27,381 bases of DNA from Chiloscyllium plagiosum (taxonomy: Eukaryota), in the NCBI RefSeq assembly GCF_004010195.1, contig NC_057751.1, positions 7,426,063-7,453,443 of the forward strand, written 5' to 3'. A program made the position numbers and the translations under genes. Positions 12,108 to 23,683 of the stretch are shown piece after piece. The notes beneath the pieces are model-generated. The model had not been told where the DNA came from and did no database searches. It worked only from the letters and a program-made list of their open reading frames with translations. The first letter of the stretch is position 1. Every line of letters begins with the position of its first letter.

Positions 12108-12323
12108 GAGAAAGTGAGTACTGCAGATGATGGCGATTAGAGTCATGATTGTGGTGCTGGAAAAGCACAGCAGGTCAGGCAGCATCTGGGGAGCAGGAAA
12201 ATCGACGTTTCTGGCAAGAGCCCTTCATTGGGAATGTCTGATGAAGGGCTTTCGCCCGAAATGTCGCTTTTCCTGCTCCTAGTTGCTGCCTGACTTATGC
12301 TTTTCCAGAACCACACTCTTGAC
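12108..12323. mobile_element. Palindromic Penelope-derived family A element (opposite orientation to 1828-2041) with 15-bp TSD
   Basis: TSD CTGTTTAAAGATTAG at 12093-12107 and 12324-12338. Imperfect inverted arms ~12141-12231 and ~12237-12323. + strand core CTGATGA-A-GGGC-TTTC-GCCC-GAAATGTC at 12238-12265. Confidence 0.88.
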
Positions 12324-12369
12324 CTGTTTAAAGATTAGCATGGACATGTGTGTGCTGGAGATATCTGTG

Positions 12370-13780
12370 CAAGTCCACTTTTTTTTGTCATTTACGTAAA
12401 TGATTTGGATGAGAATCTTGCAGACAGGGTTCATGTGTTTGTGGCTGACACCGAAATACATAGTGCAGTGGACACTCAAGAAAATTGCCTGAGTATTTAA
12501 TGGGACCTGGGGACTGTTGTGAAATAGTCAGCTCGGGGTGCAGTTGCATTTTGCATAAAACAGACATGAGCAGTAGGTAGGGTGGTGAAGATATTTGACA
12601 CTAATGCCTTCATAGGTCAGAGTATTGACTTCAGGAGTTCAGACATGATGTTTGTGAGGCTGCTTTTGGAGGACACTGTCTAATTCTGGTTACTGTACAA
12701 CAGGAAGCATCTTAAATTGCAAGGCATGCCGAAAAGACTTTGAAGATTGTTACCGAGACTAGGAGAGGCCAGATTGTTTGGGACTGCTTATCCCCTGAAG
12801 TGTAAGAGATTGAGGAGTCATCTTAAACATGTCAAAAAGGATGATGCGTATTGTGGCGATACTGCTCCTTCAAGGTTATTCTGTCCTTGTTCTCTTTTTC
12901 AGAGGGCTTGTAAAGGCTGAGGTTTTGATATGTCTGGAAAGGTCTACTTGAGAATGCTTTTAAGTGTTTTTTTTTTAAACAAGAGACTTGTACAGTGACG
13001 GGAATGGCGAGTTCTTCCAGTTGAGGGTTGCGTTTGATTTGGTTTGAGCAAGCTGTTTGGTTTGCAGCTGCTAGTTATGTTTTACCATGGGAACCCAAAG
13101 AAGCAGTTCCTTGCTGATGCTCTCACTTTCTTGCTGACATCTCTCCTGTCAGAACCTGTGTTTGATTTTACCTTTTAATGCCAAGGAGATGTTTATGGGA
13201 ATATTGCAAATATTTGGAAGAGCACCATTAAGTTGCGATAGAGTTCAACTGGGTTTTCAGATAGATTGTTATTGTAAATTTGGTTCTTTGTTTTTTCTTT
13301 GGTGTTTTCTTCAGTAGCCTGTAAGTAAACAGTGTTTTAAGACTGGTTGGGCCAGCTGCATCACTCCTGGAATATTCACCATTCACCTGCCTAAAACAAT
13401 GAGAAAAGTTGGAGTCTAGGCTCCCTTCTTGAAATGTTTTCAGGGGGTCTGGCCTGGTCCATAGCTGTAGACGTTACATAATGAATGTTGCCTTTCCCAG
13501 GGTAGGGGAGTCAAAAACGGGAAGGTATAATTTTAACGTGGGAGGGGAACTAGTTCACAGGGACCTGAGGAGCAACTTGTCCACAGAGGAACTTAAATGA
13601 AATGAATGCTGAAGGAAGTAGTAGATGCAGGTACAGTTTTGAACAGGTAAGTGAATAGTGAAGGTTTAGAGGGACAAGATCCAAACACATCGGCAAATGA
13701 ACCGATTTTTATTTGGGATATGTGGTTTGGCATGGACAAGTTGGACCGAAGGGTGTGTTTGTATTGTGTTACTGAGACTC
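12370..13780 (+). mobile_element. Heavily decayed CR1-type LINE split by an LTR-like insertion
   Basis: P.FFVIYVNDLDEN...V.DT.I at ~12373-12460 and later RT-like remnants to ~12848. Resumes at ~13470 with FPRVGESKT...GGACCGAAGGG 3' UTR. Confidence 0.7.
12852..13466 (+). mobile_element. Putative solo LTR (~615 bp)
   Basis: Starts TGTGGCGATAC and interrupts a CR1 copy. Flanks GTAT/GTAG (degenerate 4-bp TSD). Second inverted copy at 4316-4720. The 3' CA is not intact. Confidence 0.6.
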
Positions 13781-14400
13781 TTCAACATTCTGACAGTGTT
13801 CTGAGTGCACCCTGCAAACATTAGGTAACCTGTTACATTTACCTGTCGTGCTTAATAGGATGTGTTTGGCAAGACGAGATTAGTGTTAAATTACAGCTAT
13901 AATCAGCTCTTGCGTCCCTGCTGTTTGCTCATTTTCTCTTGTCTTATAAATAAATGCTTAATTACTGTGTATAATTTTAGTGACTTTGGCTAGAATTCAA
14001 GGACACATTTGGATGAGTGTTATTGTTCTGCTTATTGACAAATGGGGTTCTAGCTCTGCGCCAGTTTGTATAGCTCCCCTGAGTTTGAGGGGGTCGTATC
14101 TTTGTTACAGTTTTTGGTCTCCTGAGACGTTTCAGCAATTGTATTAGTGCCTTGTTTGGAATGAAAGACATGCTGCGCTTCAGTCTCAATGGAATGAGCA
14201 TTTATGATGAGTCCGAGAAGATGATAGCATGTTGTGAGCGTTTGTTTTGTTCCTGCACAGGCTAACGAAGCCATGTGAAAGACAAACGAGAGCAAAACTC
14301 TATCACTTTAAAGGAATAATGCCATATTCACATATGGTATGATTTTGTGTGAAATTGCATATAGCAGGATTTCACAGACACACGCACCATGCACCACGCA

Positions 14401-14402
14401 CC

Positions 14403-14433
<31 letters not shown>

Positions 14434-14437
14434 ACAC
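14401..14437. repeat. Poly(C)19 joined to (CA)n microsatellite
   Basis: Read directly. Confidence 0.95.
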
Positions 14438-15299
14438 CAACAACCTGGAGGAGATATCGTGTTGCACATGGCCCGCTGACTCCATCTGGTCCTGGGCCAT
14501 GCTCAAATTCCTTTTTGGATGCTGACATGCAACCACATTATGTACTCTCCAGCCTTGCTACTGAGGAGCGCAATTGGGGTTCTTGTCACTGCATTTTGTC
14601 AAACGCTGAGTCCCAGTGATTCGTGTTCAATGTTGAATCATGCAGCCATCAGTACCTTGCCGCACAGATATCAGCTTTACTACATTCCTCTATGTCGCAT
14701 CATTGCATTCCTTTATGTTGCATCATTGCACTTTGAAACACCTTTGACTACTGGAGCACTGGGCTTTTTGAGTCTTTTTCATCTTAGCTTTGGTTGTCCC
14801 ATTTCAAATTTGGATCTTGAGCGTAAGGGTGTGGTTTGAATTACGTTGAAGGAGGAGAACCCTTACGGCAGACGTCTTTCACAATTGATATTGCAAGTGG
14901 TACTTCAGTTTTAACGCTATGTGGAGGTGGGAGACGCTGAATTCTGAAGTGGACATGTCTGAGCTGTTAAATGCTCTACATGGCATAACACCAAGCCAAA
15001 GTTGAGCCTGGCTCAGAGTTTCCAACAAGCCTATTTGTCTTTCACGTCAGCTGTCCATTAGCGCATGATTCTTTGTCTGGCCATTTTTCTTAGCTGCATA
15101 ACACTTCATACTGAGCTGCCCAAAAATGAGAGTCAAATTTCATGTGTTTTGGGCAATCTGTCTGAATGTTTTGTAGCATTCTGTCTTAATGGCTTAACTG
15201 ATTTTTTTTTGGTCTATGTCTCAGCTCCACACTGCACAAACCTTTTGAAATAGCAACAATTTTTATTCAAAGCCACAATATTGAAGGAAATCCTCATTG

Positions 15300-15690
15300 G
15301 CAGACAGCATCGAAACAGACCCCCTCAGTCCAACTCCTACATGCTGACCAGGTTTCCTAATATGAATCGGTCCCATTTGGCCCAAATCCCTGTATACCTT
15401 GCCGATTCATGTGCCTATGCAAATGTTTTGTAAATGAAGGTTGTAATTGTACTCACCTTGTCCACTTCATCTGGCAACTTGTTCCAGAAAGCAACCCCTC
15501 AGCATGAAAAAGTTGCCCCTCTGGTTCTTGTTTATCTTTCCCCTGTCACCTTAAACCTCTGCCCTCTAGTTTTGGACCCCCCAACCCTTCGGAAAGGACC
15601 TTGGTTATTCACCATATCTATACCCCTCATGATTTTCTAAAAGGAGACCCTTCAACCTCTTGCCTTCCAGAGTAGCAAGTACTAGCAGCT
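15300..15690 (-). mobile_element. CR1-type LINE 3' end fragment, antisense
   Basis: Reverse complement matches 11306-11601 (CACCTTAAACCTCTGCCCTCTAGTTTTGGACCCCCC; TCTGGCAACTTGTTCCA; GTCCAACTC). Confidence 0.85.
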
Positions 15691-15959
15691 GTTAGCCCCT
15701 CCGTGTGAGAAGATTATAAGATTGTGTTGCAATTTTGTGTCATTACATGACTAAATTCAATTTTGTACTCTCTCTCGGGACGAATAAGGGATGGAGCTGA
15801 CGTGAGCTCACATCAGCGGTAATGCATGCCAGTGGACCTGTGGCTCAGATTTTGACCGTTTTGCGAGAGAAAATTGAGGGTGTGGAAAACAGACTGCATA
15901 AAGAAAAGGCCATTTACCTAACTGCATTTTTAATTGTTTTTTGTTTCTATCTGAGGCAG

Positions 15960-16022
15960 ATTGTTTGGGATGCCCCTGTTGAGAAGAAAATGGAGTGTGT
16001 TCAGAAGGGGAAGAACAATCAG
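15960..16022 (+). CDS. SEMA4C: Semaphorin-4C-like coding exon: IVWDAPVEKKMECVQKGKNNQ
   Basis: 63 nt, phase 0/0, acceptor GGCAG, donor CAG|GTATGT. Very close to remembered human SEMA4C [21 protein letters not shown]. Confidence 0.93.
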
Positions 16023-16466
16023 GTATGTTGAGAAGTTTTAATGTGATATGATTGGCTAATAGTTGCAGAAGCATTGTGCATAAGCACGTTAGAATAATGC
16101 ATGCAACTTGAGCCAAATTGCAGGCTGTCAGCACACTGACATAAAATAATAGCCTTGATTTTGATCAGTTAAGCTGTTGTGTTTTTAAAGCCACTGAGGT
16201 TGAGCTGGTTGTGAGCAATTTAAGGAACATGAGTGTCATTGTACATTTTGGAGATGAAGCATTGACATTAGTGAGGAAAGCTCCACCTGCCAGTCTGATG
16301 CATGGAAGTAAAGAGCAATAAACGTGTCTGTCATTGCATGTAAGGCAACTGCTACAGTAATGCATTGGGACCAAACCCGGGGAGGTTTGAGAGTCAGTGT
16401 GTGCTGCTGAGCTGTGGTTGTGTTGTCATGATGCAGAACTGAAGTGTTGATTTGTTCTCCTTTCAG

Positions 16467-16565
16467 ACTGACTGCTTCAATTACATTCGCTTCCTGCAGA
16501 ACTTCAACAGTACTCACCTATATATCTGCGGGACCTATGCCTTTCAGCCCAGGTGCACGTATATT
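16467..16565 (+). CDS. SEMA4C: Semaphorin-4C-like coding exon: [33 protein letters not shown]
   Basis: 99 nt, phase 0/0, acceptor TTCTCCTTTCAG, donor ATT|GTAAGT. C.N.IR and CGT.AF.P.C Sema motifs. Not in the ORF track. Confidence 0.95.
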
Positions 16566-17019
16566 GTAAGTACTGTTTTATGTCCAAGGATACTGCCTCC
16601 TATGATCTTCCTTCAGAGCACTGTTGCATGAGACATAAAGGAAGGAGCAATGCTGAACTGTTATAGGTGCTAAGTCAAGGCAGGTGTAGCTTTTTTTAAC
16701 CAGGTGGATCGAGGGAAATTTTATTCTGTTGCGTTATGCTTCCATCCCATTGCAATGAGGAACTATGCATTAAAGGAATATTGATCATTTTGTCTCTGAA
16801 GTAAAGCAGCATTCCATTACAAGGGCTGAACCCCTAATAAATATAATTTTGACCCAATGTTATTACGTGTGTTTTCTTTCAAATGAAGAGAGTATGCTGG
16901 CATGTCAAGGATAATTAAGGCTGCTGTCTGGTGCACCAAGTCAAACTGGCGTGATGACTACTCGATGGTCAACTTGAGGGGAGATTATGCTCATGGCTAA
17001 AATAAGCTGCTGGGTGCAG

Positions 17020-18373
17020 AGTGCAGGATTGAAGGTCATTTAGCAGTTTGGATCAGCAATTGGCTCGCTGAAAGAAGAGAGAGTGGTGGGGTTGATGGGG
17101 TATGTTCATCCTGGAGCTCCGTTACCAGTGGTGTGCCGCAAGGAACTGTTTTGGAGTCACTGCTGTTTGTTATTTTTATAAATAACCTGGACGTGGGCAT
17201 AGAAAGATGGGTCAGTAAATTTAAGGCAAAGTTGGGGATAGTGTTGAGGAATGTTTTGGGTTACAGAGGGACATCAGTAAGATGCAGAGTTGGGCTGAGA
17301 AGTAGCAAATGGAGTTTAATGCGGAAATGTGTGAGGTAGTTCCCTTCAGAAGAAGGAATAGGAATGCAGAGTATTCGGTTAATAGTAAAATTCTTGGCAG
17401 TGTCGATGAACCGAGAGATCTGTGTTCAGGTACGTAGATCCCTGAAAGGTTCCACCCAAGTTGATAGGGTTATTCAGAAGGCATATGGTGTATTGGCGTT
17501 TATTGTTAGGGGTATTGAGTTTTGGAGCCATGATATCATGCTTCAGCTGTACAAGACACTGGTAAGGCCGCACCTGAAGTATTGCATGTAGTTATGGTCT
17601 CTGCATTGTAGGAAGGATTAGATTAGATTAGGTTTCCACATTACAGTGGCCTTGGGCCTAACAAGTCTACACCGACCCTCCGAAGAGCAACCCACCCAGA
17701 CCCATTCCCCTACATTTACCCCTTCACCTAACACTACAGGCAATTTAGCATGGCCAATTCACCTAACCTGCACATTTTTGGATTGTGGGAGGAAACCGGA
17801 GCACCCGCAAGAAACCCTCGCAGAATGTGCAAGCTCCACATATAGTTGCCCGAGGCGGGAATTGAACCCAGGTCTCTGGCGCTGTGAGGCAATAGTGCTA
17901 CCCACTGTGCCACCGTGCTGCCCATGGAAGTTTTGGAAAGGGTTCAGAGGAGATTCACTCTGATGTTGCCTGGTATGGAGGGAAGGTCTTAGGAGGAGAG
18001 GCTGAGGGAACTGATGCTGTTTTCATTGGAGAGAAGAAGGTTGAGAGGTGACTTAATCGAGACATATAAGATTGGGTGTGAGAGCCTTTTTCCTCAGATG
18101 GTGAAGGCTAACATGAGGGGACATAGCTTTAAATTGAGGGGTGACAGATTCAGGACAGATATCGGGGTAGTTTATTTATTTAGAGAGTCATAGGGGCCTG
18201 GAACGGCCTGCCTGCAACAGTAGCAGACTTGCTGACGTCAAGGGCATTTAAATGGGCATTGGACATACATATGTAATGGTGTAGGTTAGATGAGCATCAG
18301 ATTAATTTCACACGTTGGTGCAACATGGAGTGCTGAAGGGCCTGTATGGCGCTGTAATGTTCTGTATTCGATG
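17020..18373 (+). mobile_element. 5'-truncated decayed CR1-type LINE, interrupted by HE1 SINE
   Basis: [82 protein letters not shown], 3' UTR ending CTGTAATGTTCTGTATTCGATG. Confidence 0.9.
17619..17923 (-). mobile_element. HE1-like V-SINE, antisense, nested in CR1
   Basis: Reverse complement of the 7199-7516 family: (GATTA)n tail on the left, CCACTGTGCCACCGTGCTGCCC on the right. CR1 reads through ...AGGAAGGAT|ATGGAAG when it is removed. Confidence 0.92.
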
Positions 18374-19726
18374 ATACTGTTCCTTTGTTTTGCCCAAGTA
18401 GCCCAGCATTTGTTGTGCTTCAGTACACATCCAGTATTGAGAAAGCTTTCAAAGAATCTGTTTCTGTCAGCCTTTTGCCATTTGCACCCCTTGGATATAA
18501 ATTGATCCTCACCAAGAGGAAAATCAGCCTTTTCCTCCTAGTTGCCCTGCTCTGCTGATGGGCTGGAGTGAGCAGACTACAATTTCAAGCCATCGTATTG
18601 TCAGCTATGCTACTGACTCTGGGCATCAGTCACGTCTCGCTACAGGGCAGTAGAATTCAACTGGTTATCTCCCACCAGGCTGACAACTGACCCCCCACCC
18701 ATGGCTGTTTGTGTCTTGTTTGCCCAAGTTGTAAATTAATAGACATCGCAGCTCTCGTGGGGCTGGGCAGATGCACATTAGGTGGTCACCCAGTGGTTCC
18801 ATCCTCTGCAAAGTCGCAAAAAGCTAGAGTTGAAGAATAACGGCTTGGAGAGTGGAAGACAGTTGAAATTCTGCCGAGAGTCTACTTTTTCCATCAAATG
18901 AATGGTTGGTTGTGACAGCATTGTTAAGGAAGCTCTGAATAAAGCCATCATTTCACTAGTGCCAGAGTTTAGGGGACGATCAGGAACCACAGAAATTGTG
19001 ACGTGAATGTCAGTGAAGGCTATGATGGTGTATTTTGGTTATAAGTCAGGGATGTGAGAAGCTTCAGCGATGGGTGAGATGGCAGCATTTAATGAAATTT
19101 CATATCTGAAAGGGGTGTATTAACAACCAGCTGGTTATTTGCAAGTGTCAGATGGAGTGACACCAGCAAGGGGCATTGCTGGTTGAACACAGGAAAGATT
19201 TGGAATGGAGTTACCATGGGAGGAAGTGATGAAGTATCGTTTCTCCTGCCCATAATCCTGCAATGGGCTTCACCCAGTTCTCCCTGTTGATTGCTTTGCT
19301 TTGGAAATCTTTTATCAGCTCTACTTTGCCAGTGTTCTGGGGTGGGAAGGCTTTAATGCCTTTAATACATGGCAATTATCTACTGTACAGTACCGTTCCT
19401 CGTTGACTCTGTACTTCTCAACCTGTATGCTCTCTCAGGAGTATACTTAAGTTGTCATGTACACCGTTACTTGAGTTCCTAAATCATTTTCATTAACCCC
19501 TTGTTATTAGGTGACAGCAACTTTTGTTGATGTCTGTCGTCAAATGTTTTGATGTCACTAACCCTTGGATAAATGTTTTGATGTCTGGTCCAGAACCTGT
19601 TGTGTCTTGTGTTTTTTTCTGAATGAGTGTTTCCTATTACTGTATCTACACAAAGTGTTCAAATGAGTGAACAGTTGCTGCTTTATAAAAAGGAATAAAA
19701 ATGTGTTTTAAAAAATAATTTCACAG

Positions 19727-19823
19727 GAGGTGCAAAATTTCACTTTAAACCAAATGGCCATGGAAGATGGGAAAGGCAAGTGCCCTTATGACCCTGCAAA
19801 AAGTCACACTGGTCTGATTGTGG
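19727..19823 (+). CDS. SEMA4C: Semaphorin-4C-like coding exon: [32 protein letters not shown]
   Basis: 97 nt, phase 0 to 1, acceptor TTTCACAG, donor [20 protein letters not shown] motif. Not in the ORF track. Confidence 0.95.
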
Positions 19824-21575
19824 GTGAGTACATGAGGATATAACTGAAGAATCCTTCAAAGCAAGCATTTGTAGTTTTTGGAGCTGCATTGTTTGGTCAT
19901 TGTGGAGAAAACGTTTCAGATAGTTTCAGCTGTTTCTCTCTGGTCCATATATAGAAAAACCATTCTGTACGTGTGAAACAGAGACATTTGAATGCACAGT
20001 CTGTGTCTGATGCTGCTGTGGGTCTTGGGTTTAGAGTGGAGCTCGAGCCTCTGTTGCATGTCAATTCATGGGTTTGTTCACAAAAACAAAGTGGTGCATG
20101 TCATCACTCCACTCAGGGAGCCATGGAACAGATTTTTCCTACAAGATCAGATGGTGCTCAGGCATCACAGAAAAGGAAGCAACATTTCGACATTTGGTAG
20201 CTGACTGGAAGTGCTCTGCTGCAGTCTTAGTTAACATGATTGAGCTTTGAAAGACATCCTTTCTCCTCATGAATTCGGTTTAAGAACAAGAGAAAATGCT
20301 ATCTGCTTTTTATTCTGCTGTACTAAATGACTTCATGTATTAGTTAAGGAGACGACCAATGAGGAGTTGAGTTGAGTTATTAGGATATGTTGGAGTTGAG
20401 AGTTAGGTGCTGGCTCAATCGCAGAAAGTAACAGTTGCATGCTTTCTGAAAGTAGCGGAATATGACCGAAGCGAGTGATGGCAATTTTGGAGAAGATTGC
20501 AGCAGATTGACCAAAAGTAAGTGGTGTGCAGGTTTGTCTTAGATTGCACCTTCACCCATTTGCTGCATACTTTGTACTGGGAGTTAGCTTATTCAGCTTG
20601 GCTGCACTTGTTCAAGGTAGGAAGCATGCAGGGGGAAAAAGTAAGTCAGGATTGCTGATCATACTGTGTTCAAGTAGCTCTGGTCAAAAAGCATATGTGA
20701 ATGAAATGAGTCTGGTTGCAAAACAATTCATGCCAACTAAGTCCTGTATGGGATGTTGAAATTAAAGCAACCACAATGACAGTGATATTCTAGCATGTTA
20801 AGAAGATTCTGGTCATGGACAAAAATGACTTTGACTGTGATCAATCTGAGAGAAAATCAAAATGGGTCTCACATGAGGCAGCAGGAACAGGGGGTGCAGT
20901 TCATGCTTCACAAATGGTCATAAATGAGTATAGCCGTACTATGTAATGTGCAAAATCCAATCTGTCACTCATTTGGAGCAAGCTGCAAGTTTGAGGTGCT
21001 TGACAATGATAACAGCAGTTGGAGAGAACGTGCATGACTGTGTACATGGTAAGGATGTGGCACAGGTTTTAACTAGTGGTCAGTGAAATGAGCACCTGGA
21101 AACAAACTGAAAGACGCTCAAGGTCTAAGTGATTCATTTGGAAGTCAGCAGCTTGGGTGATTGCCCAATGATTTTACTTTGTTTTTTCTTCTAAACGATT
21201 TATGAATTCACTGCTGTGTCCAGGAAAATTAAGGACTCTGCGTTGTTTTAAGTCTGACTGAGCAAAGAGTCTACTACAAATGGTTTCTGGGTCCAAGTTG
21301 TTAATTGTTTACTGATTAAAATTGTACAGAGAGAAGTTTGGCAATTGTGCACAAGGAAACAAATTGTGCAAGTCTACAATGTTGTGAGTCTGGACTTGTA
21401 CAGGGTTGGATAGGACGTTTGAGCCTGATAGTGATAGCCCACCAATCCAAACAGCAGAGCAATAGTTGCTCATCTGGGTTTGCTCGGATTCCCTTTTGCA
21501 TCACATCATGAGTTGTTCTGCAACACAAGTGACATTTGGCTTGTAATGCTGCTTTTTATTCCTCTCTCACTGCAG

Positions 21576-21692
21576 ATGGGGAGTTATATTCTGCTACGCT
21601 GAACAACTTCCTTGGCACAGAACCAGTTATTCTGCGCAACTTGGGGCCTCACTACTCTATGAAGACGGAATATCTAGCGTCCTGGCTCAATG
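21576..21692 (+). CDS. SEMA4C: Semaphorin-4C-like coding exon: [39 protein letters not shown]
   Basis: 117 nt, phase 1/1, acceptor CTCTCTCACTGCAG, donor ATG|GTAAAG. Near-identical to remembered SEMA4[40 protein letters not shown]. Confidence 0.95.
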
Positions 21693-21997
21693 GTAAAGTC
21701 TTTGTTATGGTTTATTTTCTTATCAATGATCAGTGAGTGCATGGAGAATGAAATACTGCCCATGGTAGATATGAAATGCTGGAATGAAGTCAGGTAAAAC
21801 CCAGGTTAGTTGTGGAATGCAAGTCTCTCTTCATTGGGTCATGAAATGCTTCCAAGGCATTTGAGCCTAGGTCACATGCAGGGTCAAAATCAAGAGCCAG
21901 ATGCTGGTGCACTGTACCAGCAAAACAGAAAGCTTTGATCATGAAGATACATTGGAAACTGGATAATACGTAGATGCAACGCATTGTCGTCGAGGAT

Positions 21998-22219
21998 AAA
22001 AATCACACAACACCAGGTTATAGTCCAGCAGATTTATTTGGAAGCACTAGCTTTCGGAGCACTGCTCCTTCATAAGGCGATTCTCCACAACCACCTGATG
22101 AAGGAGCAGCGCTCCAAAAGCTAGTGCTTCCAAACAAACCTGTTGGACTGTAATCTGGTGTTGTGTGATTTTTTTACTTTGTACACCCCAGTCCAACATC
22201 AGCATTTCCAAATCATGAC
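21998..22219. mobile_element. Palindromic Penelope-derived family B element with hammerhead-like cores
   Basis: Inverted arms 21998-22077 and 22094-22173. Core CAC-CTGATGA-A-GGAGC-AGC-GCTCC-(A)AA-AGCT-A-GTG. Possible TSD TCGTCGAGGAT/TCTTCAAGGAT (21987-21997, 22220-22230, 9/11). Confidence 0.8.
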
Positions 22220-22274
22220 TCTTCAAGGATGACGTTTGTTCAGTCATTCAAGGTGCCTGGTTCAGCTATGATTG

Positions 22275-22720
22275 TAAGTTGAGTGGAGATGCTTGGTTGT
22301 AAAACAAGGTCCCTGGGGATTGTGGTTTACAGTACCCCCAATGTAGGACAAAGTATATCAGATGACAAACGCATGGCAATGTGCATCATTGACTTCAATC
22401 CAAGCAGTAAGACTAAAAATTAAAAAGGCAGTTATCAAATGGATCATGGGTTGATGGAATCATTTTGAGATATTTTGTGTCCACAGTACATTTTGAGACT
22501 CAGCAGTGAGCAGGTAATATTTGACTTGGCATTACACTACGATCGCATTATGTCATGACCTGTTTCTTGATGCACACTGAGGTACTGCAACCACGTGAAT
22601 TTCAATATATCCAGTTAAGCAAAGAGAAGATTGGGTCTCTGATGTTTAAATGATCTTCAGGACATATGTGGGAATGAAAGCGGAGCTGTCTGAAGTGAAT
22701 TGGGCACATGTGGCTATGAG
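22275..22720 (+). mobile_element. Very old CR1/L2-type LINE ORF2 endonuclease-region remnant
   Basis: Degenerate ordered motifs: VE, GIVVYSTPN (cf. VYRPP), IDFN (cf. GDFN), QYI.E...EQVIFDL. Confidence 0.5.
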
Positions 22721-23683
22721 ACAAAAAAATGTATACAGACAAGTCATAATCAACAGTTAAAGAAGGCATGAGACAAGTCTCAGGAGAAAGATGTTCAAGT
22801 GTAGGAGGAAGCTAGCAAGCAATGTGCATGGATAGCAAGACTCAGCATAGGAATTGGAGAAGGAAGATTGTCAGTCCAGTGAGTGGTGGCCCTTTGAGAT
22901 TTGGATAGAATCACAAGATTACAACATGTTATTGACAGAGAGGAGGATACCAAATATTCCACTAATGGGCTGACAAGGCTCAACTGGAGACGGATGTCAT
23001 ACTATGATCTGAGGTGTTTCTAAAGGCTGTATGAAAGAAAAGTCTGTAAAATGTGGCAAGGTTACTTCAAACAAGCATGAATCAAAGATAAGCATTAAAG
23101 TCATGAAGCCAGGAAGGTAGAAAACAAAACTGATAGGTTAGTTAGCCTCCTTTCTGCAGAGATGATCAAATGTTCATGATATTCTAACTGGTTTGCAGTG
23201 TGGGGGGTTATCTTGAGATTCCCAGGAAGATTCAGCATGCCTTCCTCAACATTTAGGCTATCCATGGTACTCTTTGGTTTCATAGCCAAGTGCTAACTCA
23301 ATTCAAACAGCTCAGCTTTCAATCCTGTGTATGTCCTGAAATTAATTTAAAAATCAGAGACCGAACTTCTCTTTGCCTAACTGGATGTAATGAAATTCAC
23401 ATGTGGTTGCAGTACCTCAGTGTGCCTCAGGAAAGAGGTCATGTTCATTCTGTATTCAATAGTGTCTCCTGGAAGTTGGATTGCAGAAGGCTTTTCATCT
23501 CACTGAACAAAGTCAAAGGTGACAGTGTAGGGGTTGGATAGTATCCTGAATAGAAGACTGATGAAAACAGAATGCATACATGGTACTTGGCTGCAATGAC
23601 CTAGATAAGCTAAGTGAATAAGTATAAATTAAAATTGGACATGAGACCACCATACGTTATTAACTATATTCTGAAGAAGATAT

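Noticed and set aside
14204..14226. ATGATGAGTCCGAGAAGATGATA resembles the textbook hammerhead core CTGATGAGTCCGTGAGGACGAAA and a snoRNA C box
   Set aside because: C3 and GAAA are both broken, no stems I/III, and no nearby D box with a terminal stem.
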